From positions 640,001 through 704,000 of the forward strand of contig OY970218.1 in NCBI GenBank assembly GCA_963713975.1: a stretch of 64,000 nt of DNA. The letters run 5' to 3'. A model generated the notes under the pieces. That model was not told where the DNA came from. It saw only the letters and a list, made by a program, of their open reading frames with translations, and searched no databases. The translations under genes and the position numbers were made by a program. The stretch is from an uncultured Chloroflexia bacterium. GTDB taxonomy: Bacteria; Chloroflexota; Limnocylindria; Limnocylindrales; CSP1-4. Positions 40,366 to 48,819 of the stretch are shown here, one piece after another; the stretch's first letter is position 1; each line of letters begins with the position of its first letter.

Positions 40366-41432
40366 CCGAGGCGCCCGAGGCCCCGTACACGGGCGTCGAC
40401 CCGGTGATCTTCACGAGCGCGCCGGCCCGGTCGCCGGTCGTGCCCGCGGCTCCGCCCGCCACCGAGGCACCGGTCGTCGAGCTGACGATCGACGGCGCGT
40501 CCGTGGTCGCCGCCCAGGGCTCGACGCTCCTCGAGGCCTGCCGGACCCAGGGCATCGACATCCCCACCCTGTGCTACGGCCAGACCCTCGCCCCCGAGGG
40601 CGTCTGCCGGATGTGCGTCGTGGACACCGGCGGACGTGTGCTGACCCCATCCTGCTCCGCGAAGGTGGCCGACGGCATGAGCGTGGAGACGGACAATGCC
40701 AGGGTCCGCCACTCGCGCAAGCTGGTCCTGGAGCTGCTGGGCTCGTCCGTGGACGTGGACCTCGCGGGCCCCACGCTGCCCGACGGGTCGATCGCCGACT
40801 ACATGACCCGCTACGGTGCCGATCCCGCCCGGTTCGGCCCGGCCGCGCCGCCGGCCGAGGCGGGTGACCGCGACCGCCGCCGGGCCGGCCACCACCACGA
40901 TCCGGATCCATCCGTCGCGGAGACCGTGGCGCAGCCGGTCAAGGTCGACAACGAGCTCTTCGTCCGCGACTACGCGCGCTGTATCCTCTGCTACAAGTGC
41001 GTCGAGGCGTGCGGGACCGATGCCCAGAACACGTTCGCGATCTCGGTCGCCGGTCGCGGCTTCGACGCCCGCATCTCCACCGAGTACGCGACACCGCTCG
41101 ATACGTCTGCCTGCGTCTTCTGCGGCAATTGCATCAACGTCTGCCCCACGGGCGCCCTGATGTTCCGCTCCGAGTACGAGATGCGCCTGGCCGCCACCTG
41201 GGACGAGGCTGCGCAGACGGTCGTCGACACGATCTGCCCCTACTGCGGCGTGGGCTGCACGCTCTCGCTCCACGTGCAGGACAACCGGATCGTGAAGGTC
41301 CTGTCGCCTCTCGACTCCGGCGTCACAGAGGGGAACCTGTGCGTGAAGGGCCGCTTCGGGTTCGACTTCGTCCAGGTCCGCCCCAAGGGCGTGCGGGAGG
41401 ACCGGCCGCGGGAGGACCGGCCGCGGGCTTGA
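40362..41432 (+). CDS. Fe-S subunit ([2Fe-2S], two [4Fe-4S]) ending in the molybdopterin-oxidoreductase Fe4S4 domain
   Basis: IPTLC..GVCRMCVV..PSC; CILCYKCVEAC; CVFCGNCINVCP; C-terminal CPYCGVGC...GNLCVKGRFG. Confidence 0.92.
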   Translation: MTEAPEAPYTGVDPVIFTSAPARSPVVPAAPPATEAPVVELTIDGASVVAAQGSTLLEACRTQGIDIPTLCYGQTLAPEGVCRMCVVDTGGRVLTPSCSAKVADGMSVETDNARVRHSRKLVLELLGSSVDVDLAGPTLPDGSIADYMTRYGADPARFGPAAPPAEAGDRDRRRAGHHHDPDPSVAETVAQPVKVDNELFVRDYARCILCYKCVEACGTDAQNTFAISVAGRGFDARISTEYATPLDTSACVFCGNCINVCPTGALMFRSEYEMRLAATWDEAAQTVVDTICPYCGVGCTLSLHVQDNRIVKVLSPLDSGVTEGNLCVKGRFGFDFVQVRPKGVREDRPREDRPRA

Positions 41433-41484
41433 TCCAGACCGTCGCGGCGTCACACCGGGCAGCTGCCGGCCGTTGGGTCCCGTG

Positions 41485-42540
41485 ATGCACCGCCTCGCAC
41501 CGGTCCTCGCGGCGATCGCCGTCCTGCTGACCGTGGTCGTCCTCGTGCAGCTCGTGGTCCGGTCCCAGACCGGGCCCCTGGCGCTGGTCAGCGTCGTCGA
41601 GGTCCACCTCCTGACCGTCGCCGCGATTGCGGCGGTCCTCGCCCTCCTCGGCACGCTGGGCGGTGATGCGGACCGGCGACGGACCAGGCTCGCCCTGCTC
41701 GCCGTCGTCGTGATCGCGTTCGTCCGTCTCGGTGGCGAGCTGTGGTCCCCGGCCGTGGAGGCGTCGGCAGCCACCCGGGGCGAGGCCACCGGCAGCGAGG
41801 CCTCCGAAGACCGGGGCGCCCCGTTCAAGCTCGATGTCCTGACCTGGAACCTGGAGCTGGGCTCAAAGTCGGACGCGGTGACCGTCGAGGGAATCACCTC
41901 GTCGGACCCGGACCTCGTCGTGCTCCAGGAACTGACGCCGGGCGCGGCCGCCGCCATCGAGGCCGACGACACGCTCCGGAGCCGCTACCCCTACCGCATT
42001 CTCGAACCACGGGACGGGGTCGACGGCATGGGCGTCCTCGCCCGGCTGCCGCTCCTCGTGCGCCAGTCGACGGCGAACCCCCTGATCCTGCGGGCCGGGC
42101 TGCTCCTGCCGGACGGGCGAGTGGTCGAGATCCTGGACGTGCATCCCTACCCGCCCGGGATCGAACGCACGCTCGGTGTGCCCACCGGCCTCGACACGCG
42201 CGGGCGAGAGACGGACCTCATGGCGATCCGGGCGGCAATCGACGACCTCGAGCTTCCCGGCTCGGCCCTCGTGGCGGGCGACTTCAACGCCGTCACGACG
42301 GAGCCCGGCATGGGGGTCTTCGACGATGGGTTGGCCGACGCCCACGCGACCGCCGGCAGCGGTCCCGGCTTCACCTGGCGGCCGAGCCGCCTCGAGGAGA
42401 CCGGCCTCGCTCTCCTGCGCATCGACCACGTCCTCGCGGGGGACTGGCTGCAGCCGGTGGCGGCGGCGACGGAGTGCTCGCTACCGGGCGATCACTGCCG
42501 CCTCCTGGTCACCCTGCGGGTGGAGTCCGTCGCGCCCTGA
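41485..42540 (+). CDS. Membrane-anchored endonuclease/exonuclease/phosphatase family protein
   Basis: Three N-terminal TMs; TWN, LQE, AGDFN, RIDHV, GDH. Confidence 0.85.
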   Translation: MHRLAPVLAAIAVLLTVVVLVQLVVRSQTGPLALVSVVEVHLLTVAAIAAVLALLGTLGGDADRRRTRLALLAVVVIAFVRLGGELWSPAVEASAATRGEATGSEASEDRGAPFKLDVLTWNLELGSKSDAVTVEGITSSDPDLVVLQELTPGAAAAIEADDTLRSRYPYRILEPRDGVDGMGVLARLPLLVRQSTANPLILRAGLLLPDGRVVEILDVHPYPPGIERTLGVPTGLDTRGRETDLMAIRAAIDDLELPGSALVAGDFNAVTTEPGMGVFDDGLADAHATAGSGPGFTWRPSRLEETGLALLRIDHVLAGDWLQPVAAATECSLPGDHCRLLVTLRVESVAP

Positions 42541-42584
42541 CGGCCGTGCGTCCTGGCGCCAGCTCATCGCCACGGGCCGGAGTT

Positions 42585-42600
42585 CCCATCGACGGATGGG
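42585..42600 (+). promoter_or_regulatory. CGACGGATGGG box, copy 1 (palindromic CCCATC-GACG-GATGGG)
   Basis: Upstream of the histidine kinase; the same 11-mer recurs at 46559 and 52717. Confidence 0.6.
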
Positions 42601-42693
42601 CCACACGGCCCTGACGCGATATCTATATCGTTCGGCACATTCGAGCCATGCACCACGAGGCGTCCCACCTGTTGAATACGGCTGCGTGATCCC

Positions 42694-44508
42694 ATGAGCG
42701 AGCCCCGCGGCCTGCGCGATCTCAACCGCCTCAAGTGGGTGACGATCGTGCTGCCCATCGTCTTCGTCTGGGGCTTCGAGCTCGTCCGCTTCTTCGTGCT
42801 CGACCGGCAGTTCACGTCGGACGAGTCCCACGTCGCCGCCGCGCTCGTGCTCGGTGCGGCCATCGTCTTCTTCGCGATGCTCGTCTCGGTCTACCTGGAC
42901 CGCGCCCAGCGACATCTCGTATCCCAGAACAGGGACCTCACGGCGACCCATGCCGTCAGCTCCGCGGTCCGCGGGGGCCTCGCGCTGGATGACCTCCTGG
43001 AGCAGTCCCTGGAACAGGTGATCACGCAGACCGGCGCCCTCGCAGGGATTGTCACGGTCGCGGCCACGGACGGCCAGCCGATCGTCCACCGCAGGCCGGC
43101 GATGCCCGCGCCGGGCCTCTCGTGGCTCAGCCCGGTCCTCGATGAGGCACCGGATCCGGTCGTGCAGGCGCCGCGCTACTCGCGCCGGACCGGGATCGAC
43201 ACCGGCATCCTCGACCTGCCACTGGTCCGCGGCAGCCGGAGGATCGGCCACCTTCGACTGGTCTTCCACCCGCCCGTCGAGCCCGACATCTCGGACGCCG
43301 CCCTGGCCGACATCGCGGGCGAGATCGCCGGCGCCGCGCAGTTGGGCGTGACGGTCGCAGACCTCCACCGGCGAGAGCAGGAGCGCGAGGCGCTGTACGC
43401 CGTCGCCCTCCAGCTGACCGGGCGCACGGACCTGCCCGACGTGCTCGACTCGATCACGCAGCACGCCCGAGACCTGCTGGGAGCCGAGCGGGCCGTCGCG
43501 TGCCTGAGCGACCGTCGCGACGCAGCCGCCTCGAGGCCGGGCGCGATGCGGGAGCGCCTGGCCATGGCCGACGACGGCAGCGTGTGCCTGGTGGCCCACG
43601 AGAACGCGGGCGCCAACCATCCGCACAACCCCCTGTGCCCGCTGATCAACCTCGTGCCGGATTCGGCCTGGGCCGCCCGCCCCATGCGCGGGCCGGACGG
43701 GATCCTGGGCGAGCTGTGCGTCGTGCGTGCCGGTCGCCCGTTCACGCCAGCCGAGAGAACCCTGCTGGGAGCCCTCGCCGACATGGCGACGATTGCCGTC
43801 CGCCAGGCCCGACTTCACGAGGCCGAGGAGCAGTGGACAATTCACGCCGAGCGCGATCGGATCGCTCGCGAGCTCCATGACAGCCTGGCGCAGGTGCTGG
43901 GTGTCATCCACCTCCAGCTCCGGTCCCTGGAGGCGCGGGCCAAGGACGAGGCCAGCCTGGGCATCGCGGACGAGCTGTCCGCCCTGGCCGAGACGGCCGA
44001 CGAGGCTTACAGCGACGTCCGCGAGGCGATTCTGGGCCTGCGCGAGACCGTCCGCGAGGACGACGGCCTCGAAGGGTCGCTGCGGGAATACCTGCGCAAG
44101 TACAGCCGCCAGACCGGGATCGCAGCCGGCCTGACCTGCAACGGCGACACGCGGCGGGCGCTGAGCCCGCGCTCTGAGGTGCAGCTGCTGCGTGTCGTCC
44201 AGGAGGCCCTGACCAACACCCGCAAGCATGCCGGCGCGGGCCGGGTCGCCGTGACGATCGACTGCCGCGGGCCCGGGGTCACGCTCACGATCGAGGACGA
44301 TGGCGTAGGCTTCGATCCTTCGATCGTCGCCGGCTCCATGGAGGGAGGCTTTGGCCTTGCCTCGATGCGCGAACGCGTGGAGGCGATCGGCGGCAGCCTC
44401 GACGTGCAGACTGCCGCGAACCAGGGAACGACGATCATCGTCCGACTCGCCGTTGAGGACACCGTTGGGACACCTTCCGCCGAAGCTCCGGGTGCTGCTC
44501 GTCGATGA
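42694..44508 (+). CDS. GAF-domain sensor histidine kinase, HisKA_3 (NarX/DesK-like)
   Basis: Two TMs; GAF-like regions; ERDRIARELHDSLAQ; QEALTN.RKH, DDGVGF, GFGL.SMRER. Confidence 0.92.
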   Translation: MSEPRGLRDLNRLKWVTIVLPIVFVWGFELVRFFVLDRQFTSDESHVAAALVLGAAIVFFAMLVSVYLDRAQRHLVSQNRDLTATHAVSSAVRGGLALDDLLEQSLEQVITQTGALAGIVTVAATDGQPIVHRRPAMPAPGLSWLSPVLDEAPDPVVQAPRYSRRTGIDTGILDLPLVRGSRRIGHLRLVFHPPVEPDISDAALADIAGEIAGAAQLGVTVADLHRREQEREALYAVALQLTGRTDLPDVLDSITQHARDLLGAERAVACLSDRRDAAASRPGAMRERLAMADDGSVCLVAHENAGANHPHNPLCPLINLVPDSAWAARPMRGPDGILGELCVVRAGRPFTPAERTLLGALADMATIAVRQARLHEAEEQWTIHAERDRIARELHDSLAQVLGVIHLQLRSLEARAKDEASLGIADELSALAETADEAYSDVREAILGLRETVREDDGLEGSLREYLRKYSRQTGIAAGLTCNGDTRRALSPRSEVQLLRVVQEALTNTRKHAGAGRVAVTIDCRGPGVTLTIEDDGVGFDPSIVAGSMEGGFGLASMRERVEAIGGSLDVQTAANQGTTIIVRLAVEDTVGTPSAEAPGAARR

Positions 44509-45160
44509 CCAGCCGCTGTTCCGCAGGGCCCTCGCGACGCTGATCAGCGCCCAGTTCGACATGACGGTCGTCGGCGAGGGCGAGAACGGCTGCGACGCGC
44601 TCGAGAAGGTACGCGCCCTCCGGCCGGACCTCGTCGTCATGGACGTCAACATGCCGGTCGCCTCCGGGCCTGACGGCGTGCATGCCATCCGGTCGGCCGG
44701 CTTCACCACCCCGATCGTGATGCTCACGGTGTCCGAGGACGACGACGACCTGTTCGAGTCGATCAAGGCCGGCGCCAACGGCTACCTGCTCAAGAACGTG
44801 CGCCCCGAGCAGCTGTTCGAGGACATGCGCGGCGTCATGCGCGGCGAGGCCCCCATCGCCCCTGCCGTTGCCAGCAAGCTCCTCGAGGCACTGCGGACCG
44901 GCGGCATCCCCCCGCGGGGACAGGCCCAGGCGCCTGCGCCCGAGGACTCCGTGCTCACCCGGCGCGAGTCCGAGGTCCTCCAGCTCGTGGCCAGCGGGAT
45001 GTCCAACAAGGAGATCGCAAACGAGCTCACGATCACCGAGGGCACCGTCAAGAACCACGTCCACAACGCCCTCGAGAAGCTCCACCTGACCAACCGTGTG
45101 CAGGCCGCGGCCTACGCGGTCCGCCAGGGCTACGCGACCCCGGAGCCTCCTCGGGACTGA
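44465..45160 (+). CDS. NarL/LuxR-family response regulator
   Basis: VLLVDDQ, VVMDVNMP, AGANGYLLK, LTRRE.EVL.LVA.GMSNKEIA..L.ITEGTVKNH; TTG start after GAGG. Confidence 0.93.
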   Translation: MGHLPPKLRVLLVDDQPLFRRALATLISAQFDMTVVGEGENGCDALEKVRALRPDLVVMDVNMPVASGPDGVHAIRSAGFTTPIVMLTVSEDDDDLFESIKAGANGYLLKNVRPEQLFEDMRGVMRGEAPIAPAVASKLLEALRTGGIPPRGQAQAPAPEDSVLTRRESEVLQLVASGMSNKEIANELTITEGTVKNHVHNALEKLHLTNRVQAAAYAVRQGYATPEPPRD

Positions 45161-45457
45161 GGTCGGCTGGCTGGCTGGCGGCGGGTGCGTCCCTGATCCC
45201 TACGTGGTTCAGCCCACGCTCCCAGCCGTCGCAGCGATGCGGCTATGGATCGGATCGGCGGTCGGCGAGCGTGGCGGCGTGCGCCAACGTTCACATCCGG
45301 CTCTCCGCCACGCTGCGAGGTCCCGCCGCTGATGCCCACGCGACTCGTCGACAGGTTCGCTGGCCGGTCCCGGGGCCGAAGCGGCCACGCGAGCGCCGCG
45401 CCGGCCGCCGCCACCCCCCCTTCGGATACAGGCCCGCCTCGGCGAATGTGTGCCGGG

Positions 45458-45493
45458 CGACGGATTGGACCCCGGCCCGCTGGCGCCTAGCAT
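45458..45493 (+). promoter_or_regulatory. Box copy 2 (CGACGGATTGG) plus -10-like TAGCAT
   Basis: One mismatch from the 11-mer; TAGCAT starts after a 19-nt gap. Confidence 0.55.
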
Positions 45494-45539
45494 CAAGGCA
45501 CGGGTCGTGCCATGCAATTCGCGGAGAGGTGGGAGACCG

Positions 45540-45929
45540 TTGTCACCTGAACCCGTCAGGGTCCTCGTGCTCTACAGCCATCCCCTCATGGGGGCGGGCC
45601 TGCAGGGGATGCTCGCGGACGAGCCCGGCGTGATCGTCGAGGCCGTGGACGTCTCCGAGGAGGCCGCCGTCGCCATCGCCCTCGCGACCGAGCCCAACGT
45701 GATCGTGCTCGAGGAGGGCGGAGCAGTCGACGCCGCCGAGGTCGTCCGCCGGTCCCGCTGCCCGCTCGTGCTGGACGTGGACATCACCACCACCAGCGCC
45801 TGGACGCTCCGGCGGGAGGCCCTGTCCACCCGTCCGGACGATTTCCTGGCCGCCATCCGCCAGGCCGTGGCGCGACCGGCGCGACACGAGGAGGACCCAT
45901 CCCTGCAGGTGGCCCCGGTTCCGGGTTAG
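45540..45929 (+). CDS. Stand-alone degenerate receiver-like domain protein
   Basis: VRVLVLYSHPLMGAGL..ML...PNVIVLE resembles a NarL-type receiver N-terminus; TTG start after GGAG. Confidence 0.65.
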   Translation: MSPEPVRVLVLYSHPLMGAGLQGMLADEPGVIVEAVDVSEEAAVAIALATEPNVIVLEEGGAVDAAEVVRRSRCPLVLDVDITTTSAWTLRREALSTRPDDFLAAIRQAVARPARHEEDPSLQVAPVPG

Positions 45930-45939
45930 CCTCCCCTGC

Positions 45940-46461
45940 ATGGGCAACCCTCCCCGCCGGCCCGATCCAGGCCAGGGATTTGATCCACGCGCCACGCCGC
46001 TTCCTCGTCGCCGCATGCTCGTGCTCATGGGCGTGGGGACGCTCGCTGCCTCGGGCGGCCTGGGTGCGCTCCTCGCCGGCTGCGCCGGGCCGCCCGTGAC
46101 GGTCACCCTCGATGTGGATCCGGAGTCCCTGACGGTGGGGCTCCCAACCGAGGTCCCGTTCACCCTGGCCCAGGGCGACTCGACCACGCCTGGTTCCACC
46201 TGGCTGGTCAGGAAGGCGAACGGGGACCTCATCTCGTACGACCCCCGTTGCACCCACGGCCTGTGCCGCTACAACTGGTACGAGACCGGGGCCCGCTTCA
46301 AGTGTCAATGCCACGAGGGCGAGTTCGCGCTGGACGGCGCCGTGTTGTCCGGTCCGCCACCGAGGCCCCTGGAGCGGTGGCCGGTGCGCGTGGTCGGCGA
46401 CACCATCGAGATCGACGTGCCCGGCGACTTCCGCACGCCCAAGGAGTCCCTCCCGGCCTGA
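45940..46461 (+). CDS. Rieske [2Fe-2S] protein with Tat/lipoprotein signal
   Basis: PRRRML, LAGC; CTHGLC and CQCHEG; GPPPRPL. Confidence 0.92.
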   Translation: MGNPPRRPDPGQGFDPRATPLPRRRMLVLMGVGTLAASGGLGALLAGCAGPPVTVTLDVDPESLTVGLPTEVPFTLAQGDSTTPGSTWLVRKANGDLISYDPRCTHGLCRYNWYETGARFKCQCHEGEFALDGAVLSGPPPRPLERWPVRVVGDTIEIDVPGDFRTPKESLPA

Positions 46462-46558
46462 GCGGGACCTCTGGCCCATCCATCCGGGCCCTCGACTGCC
46501 GCAGGATAGAGATCTTGCGGTGCGCACTGGCACCGCCCTGTATCCGACTTCTATCCCT

Positions 46559-46594
46559 CGACGGATGGGAACGAGCCCGCGCGCACGCGATCAT
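46559..46594 (+). promoter_or_regulatory. Box copy 3 (CGACGGATGGG) plus -10-like GATCAT
   Basis: Exact 11-mer at 46559-46569; hexamer at 46589-46594 (19-nt gap). Confidence 0.6.
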
Positions 46595-46648
46595 TGGCGA
46601 CAGGCCGGTCCGTCCGAATCCGCCGGCCGTGGAGTGAAGGTGCCAAGA

Positions 46649-47632
46649 ATGTCCCGGGTCACGTCCCTGACCAACATGCCGGAAGCGCAGCTGAACCGCT
46701 GGATCAGGCGGATCGCGCTCCTGTTCGTGGTCGTCCTCATCGCATTCGTCGCGTTCTACGCCATAGACCGCTTCCGTGCCCCAACCGCCCCGATCCTGGA
46801 TCGGGAGCTGGCCGCGCTCGAGGAGGCTGTCCGGACCGACCCCACCGACCTCGCATCGCGGGGCAGGCTCGCAGACCTCTACCTGGCGTCGAGCCGCTAC
46901 GACGAGGCCATCGCCCAGTACACCGAGATCATCGGGACCGGGAAGCAGGACGAGGCCGGATACGTGAGCCGCGGACGGGCCTACGAGATCAAGGGAGACC
47001 TGGACGCGGCCGCGGCCGACTACGCGAAGGTCGTCGAGATCGCATCGCCCAATGAGATGGCCAACGTGGACCCGATGCTGCAGACGTCGTACTACGGGCT
47101 CGGCGCCATCGCCCTGCAGCAGGAGAAGCCAACCGAGGCGATCGACAACCTGCTGAAGGCGCTGGCCATCAAGCGGACCGATGCCGACGCGATGAACCTG
47201 CTGGGCGCGGCCTACGTGAAGGCGGGCACGCCCGAGAAGGCGCTCCAGCCCCTCCGCCAGGCCGTCCTGTTCGTGCCGATCGGCTGGCCGGACCCGTACC
47301 AGTCGCTCGCCGCCGCGTATACGGCGACCGGCGACACCGACCTGGCCGAGTGGGCCAATGCGATGGTCGCCGGGCAGACGGGTGACGTCGCCGGTGCCGT
47401 CGAGCGCCTCGAGGCGATCGCGGACGGCGAGGCAGCGCTCGACGCGCGCATCGGCCTCGGGCTCCTTGCGGAGAGCGAGGGCGAGGGCACGACGGCCGCC
47501 ACCTGGTACCGCAAGGCTCTCGAGCTCGACGCCGAGAGCAAGCCCGCGCAGCTCGGCCTGAGCCGCGTATCCGACGGCACGCAGGCCCACCCCGACATCG
47601 CACCGTCGGCCAGCCCCGAAGGAAGCAACTGA
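46649..47632 (+). CDS. Membrane-anchored TPR protein
   Basis: One N-terminal TM; repeated LA..Y....YDEA...Y and A...LG..Y...G....A TPR patterns; start uncertain (46649 or 46676). Confidence 0.85.
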   Translation: MSRVTSLTNMPEAQLNRWIRRIALLFVVVLIAFVAFYAIDRFRAPTAPILDRELAALEEAVRTDPTDLASRGRLADLYLASSRYDEAIAQYTEIIGTGKQDEAGYVSRGRAYEIKGDLDAAAADYAKVVEIASPNEMANVDPMLQTSYYGLGAIALQQEKPTEAIDNLLKALAIKRTDADAMNLLGAAYVKAGTPEKALQPLRQAVLFVPIGWPDPYQSLAAAYTATGDTDLAEWANAMVAGQTGDVAGAVERLEAIADGEAALDARIGLGLLAESEGEGTTAATWYRKALELDAESKPAQLGLSRVSDGTQAHPDIAPSASPEGSN

Positions 47633-48714
47633 TGACCGCGTCCCCCTCCGCGGCCCAGCCAGTGGCGGGCTCGCAACCAATTCCTGAAGGTGACGGACTG
47701 CCGCCCAATGGCCTCACGCCAACGGACGCCGAGGAGGTCCCCCCGGAGAACCGGCGGCGGAAGCTGCTGCTGCTCCTGCTGCTGCTGGGGGCATTCATCG
47801 CCCTGCTCGGCCTGGCGATCTGGTACCTGCTGTTCCGCCAGCCCATCCCGGTCCCGATGATCCCCGGCCAGGCCGTCATGCCCAGCTACGTTACGTCGAT
47901 CTATGGCGCGTCTCGCCCGATGAGCGTCGCCACCACCGGCGCCGGCGAGCGCGTGTACATCGGCGAGACGTCCGGCGAGCAGACGGCCAAGCTGTTCGAT
48001 GCCCAGGGCAACCAGGTGGCGGCCCTGGTGCCGCCCCTGTCCACCGGCGCCGATCACGTGCCGGTCTACGTGGCGGTCAACCCGACCAACGGAGAGGTCT
48101 ACGTCTCCGACCGACCCACGGCCACCATCTACATCTACGATGCGGCGGGAACGTACCTGCGGGCGTTCCCGACGCCCTCCGGTACCGACGGCTGGCAGCC
48201 GTTGGGCGTGGGGTTCGACCCGGCCGGCAACATGTTCGTCACCGACATCGGCTCCACCCCGCAGGTCATCCGCGAGTTCGATCCGACCGGCCAGCAGATC
48301 CGGATCTTCGGTGAGGACGCCGGCCTAAGCTTTCCCAACGGGGTCGCCGTCGACGACGCCGGCTATGCGTACGTGACCGACAGCAACAACGGTCGCCTGC
48401 TCGTCTTCGCGCCGGACGGGAGCGTCGTCGCCACCGTCAGCCGCGGCAGCGGCTCGGGCAACCTCGGCCTGCCACGCGGGGTTGCCGTCGATGGCCAGGG
48501 TCGCGTGTACGTCGTGGACACGAGCGGCCAGGGGGTCTTCGTGTACGGACAGTACAAGGAAGGCGCGGACGGCCTCGAATTCCTGGGCTCCTTCGGATCA
48601 CAAGGTGTCTCCGACGGAGCGTTTTCCTACCCCAACGGCATCTCGGTGGACGACCGGGGGCGGCTCTACGTCGCCGACTCGGGCAACGACCGGGTGCAGT
48701 TGTGGAGCTACTGA
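47632..48714 (+). CDS. Membrane-anchored NHL-repeat beta-propeller protein
   Basis: One TM; FPNGVAVD..G.YVTDS.N.R, LPRGVAVD..GRVYVVD, YPNGISVD..GRLYVADSGN.RVQ. Confidence 0.9.
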   Translation: MTASPSAAQPVAGSQPIPEGDGLPPNGLTPTDAEEVPPENRRRKLLLLLLLLGAFIALLGLAIWYLLFRQPIPVPMIPGQAVMPSYVTSIYGASRPMSVATTGAGERVYIGETSGEQTAKLFDAQGNQVAALVPPLSTGADHVPVYVAVNPTNGEVYVSDRPTATIYIYDAAGTYLRAFPTPSGTDGWQPLGVGFDPAGNMFVTDIGSTPQVIREFDPTGQQIRIFGEDAGLSFPNGVAVDDAGYAYVTDSNNGRLLVFAPDGSVVATVSRGSGSGNLGLPRGVAVDGQGRVYVVDTSGQGVFVYGQYKEGADGLEFLGSFGSQGVSDGAFSYPNGISVDDRGRLYVADSGNDRVQLWSY

Positions 48715-48819
48715 TCTGAGGCCAACAAGGGAGGTGTGAACCGAGGCTCCTGCGTCGCCGCCCGGACAGGCGGCCCATGTCCAAGTCCACGTAGCACAGA
48801 GAAAGGAGGTGAGGACAGT

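Noticed and set aside
45268-45314. 10-bp inverted repeat after the response regulator
   Set aside because: The 27-nt loop, lack of a U-tract and very high GC make it too weak to call.
45430-45500. Minus-strand GGGTCCAATCC resembling a tRNA T-arm (possible selC)
   Set aside because: No cloverleaf, no TTC in the T-loop and no TCA anticodon arm; no selC was found anywhere in the window by eye.
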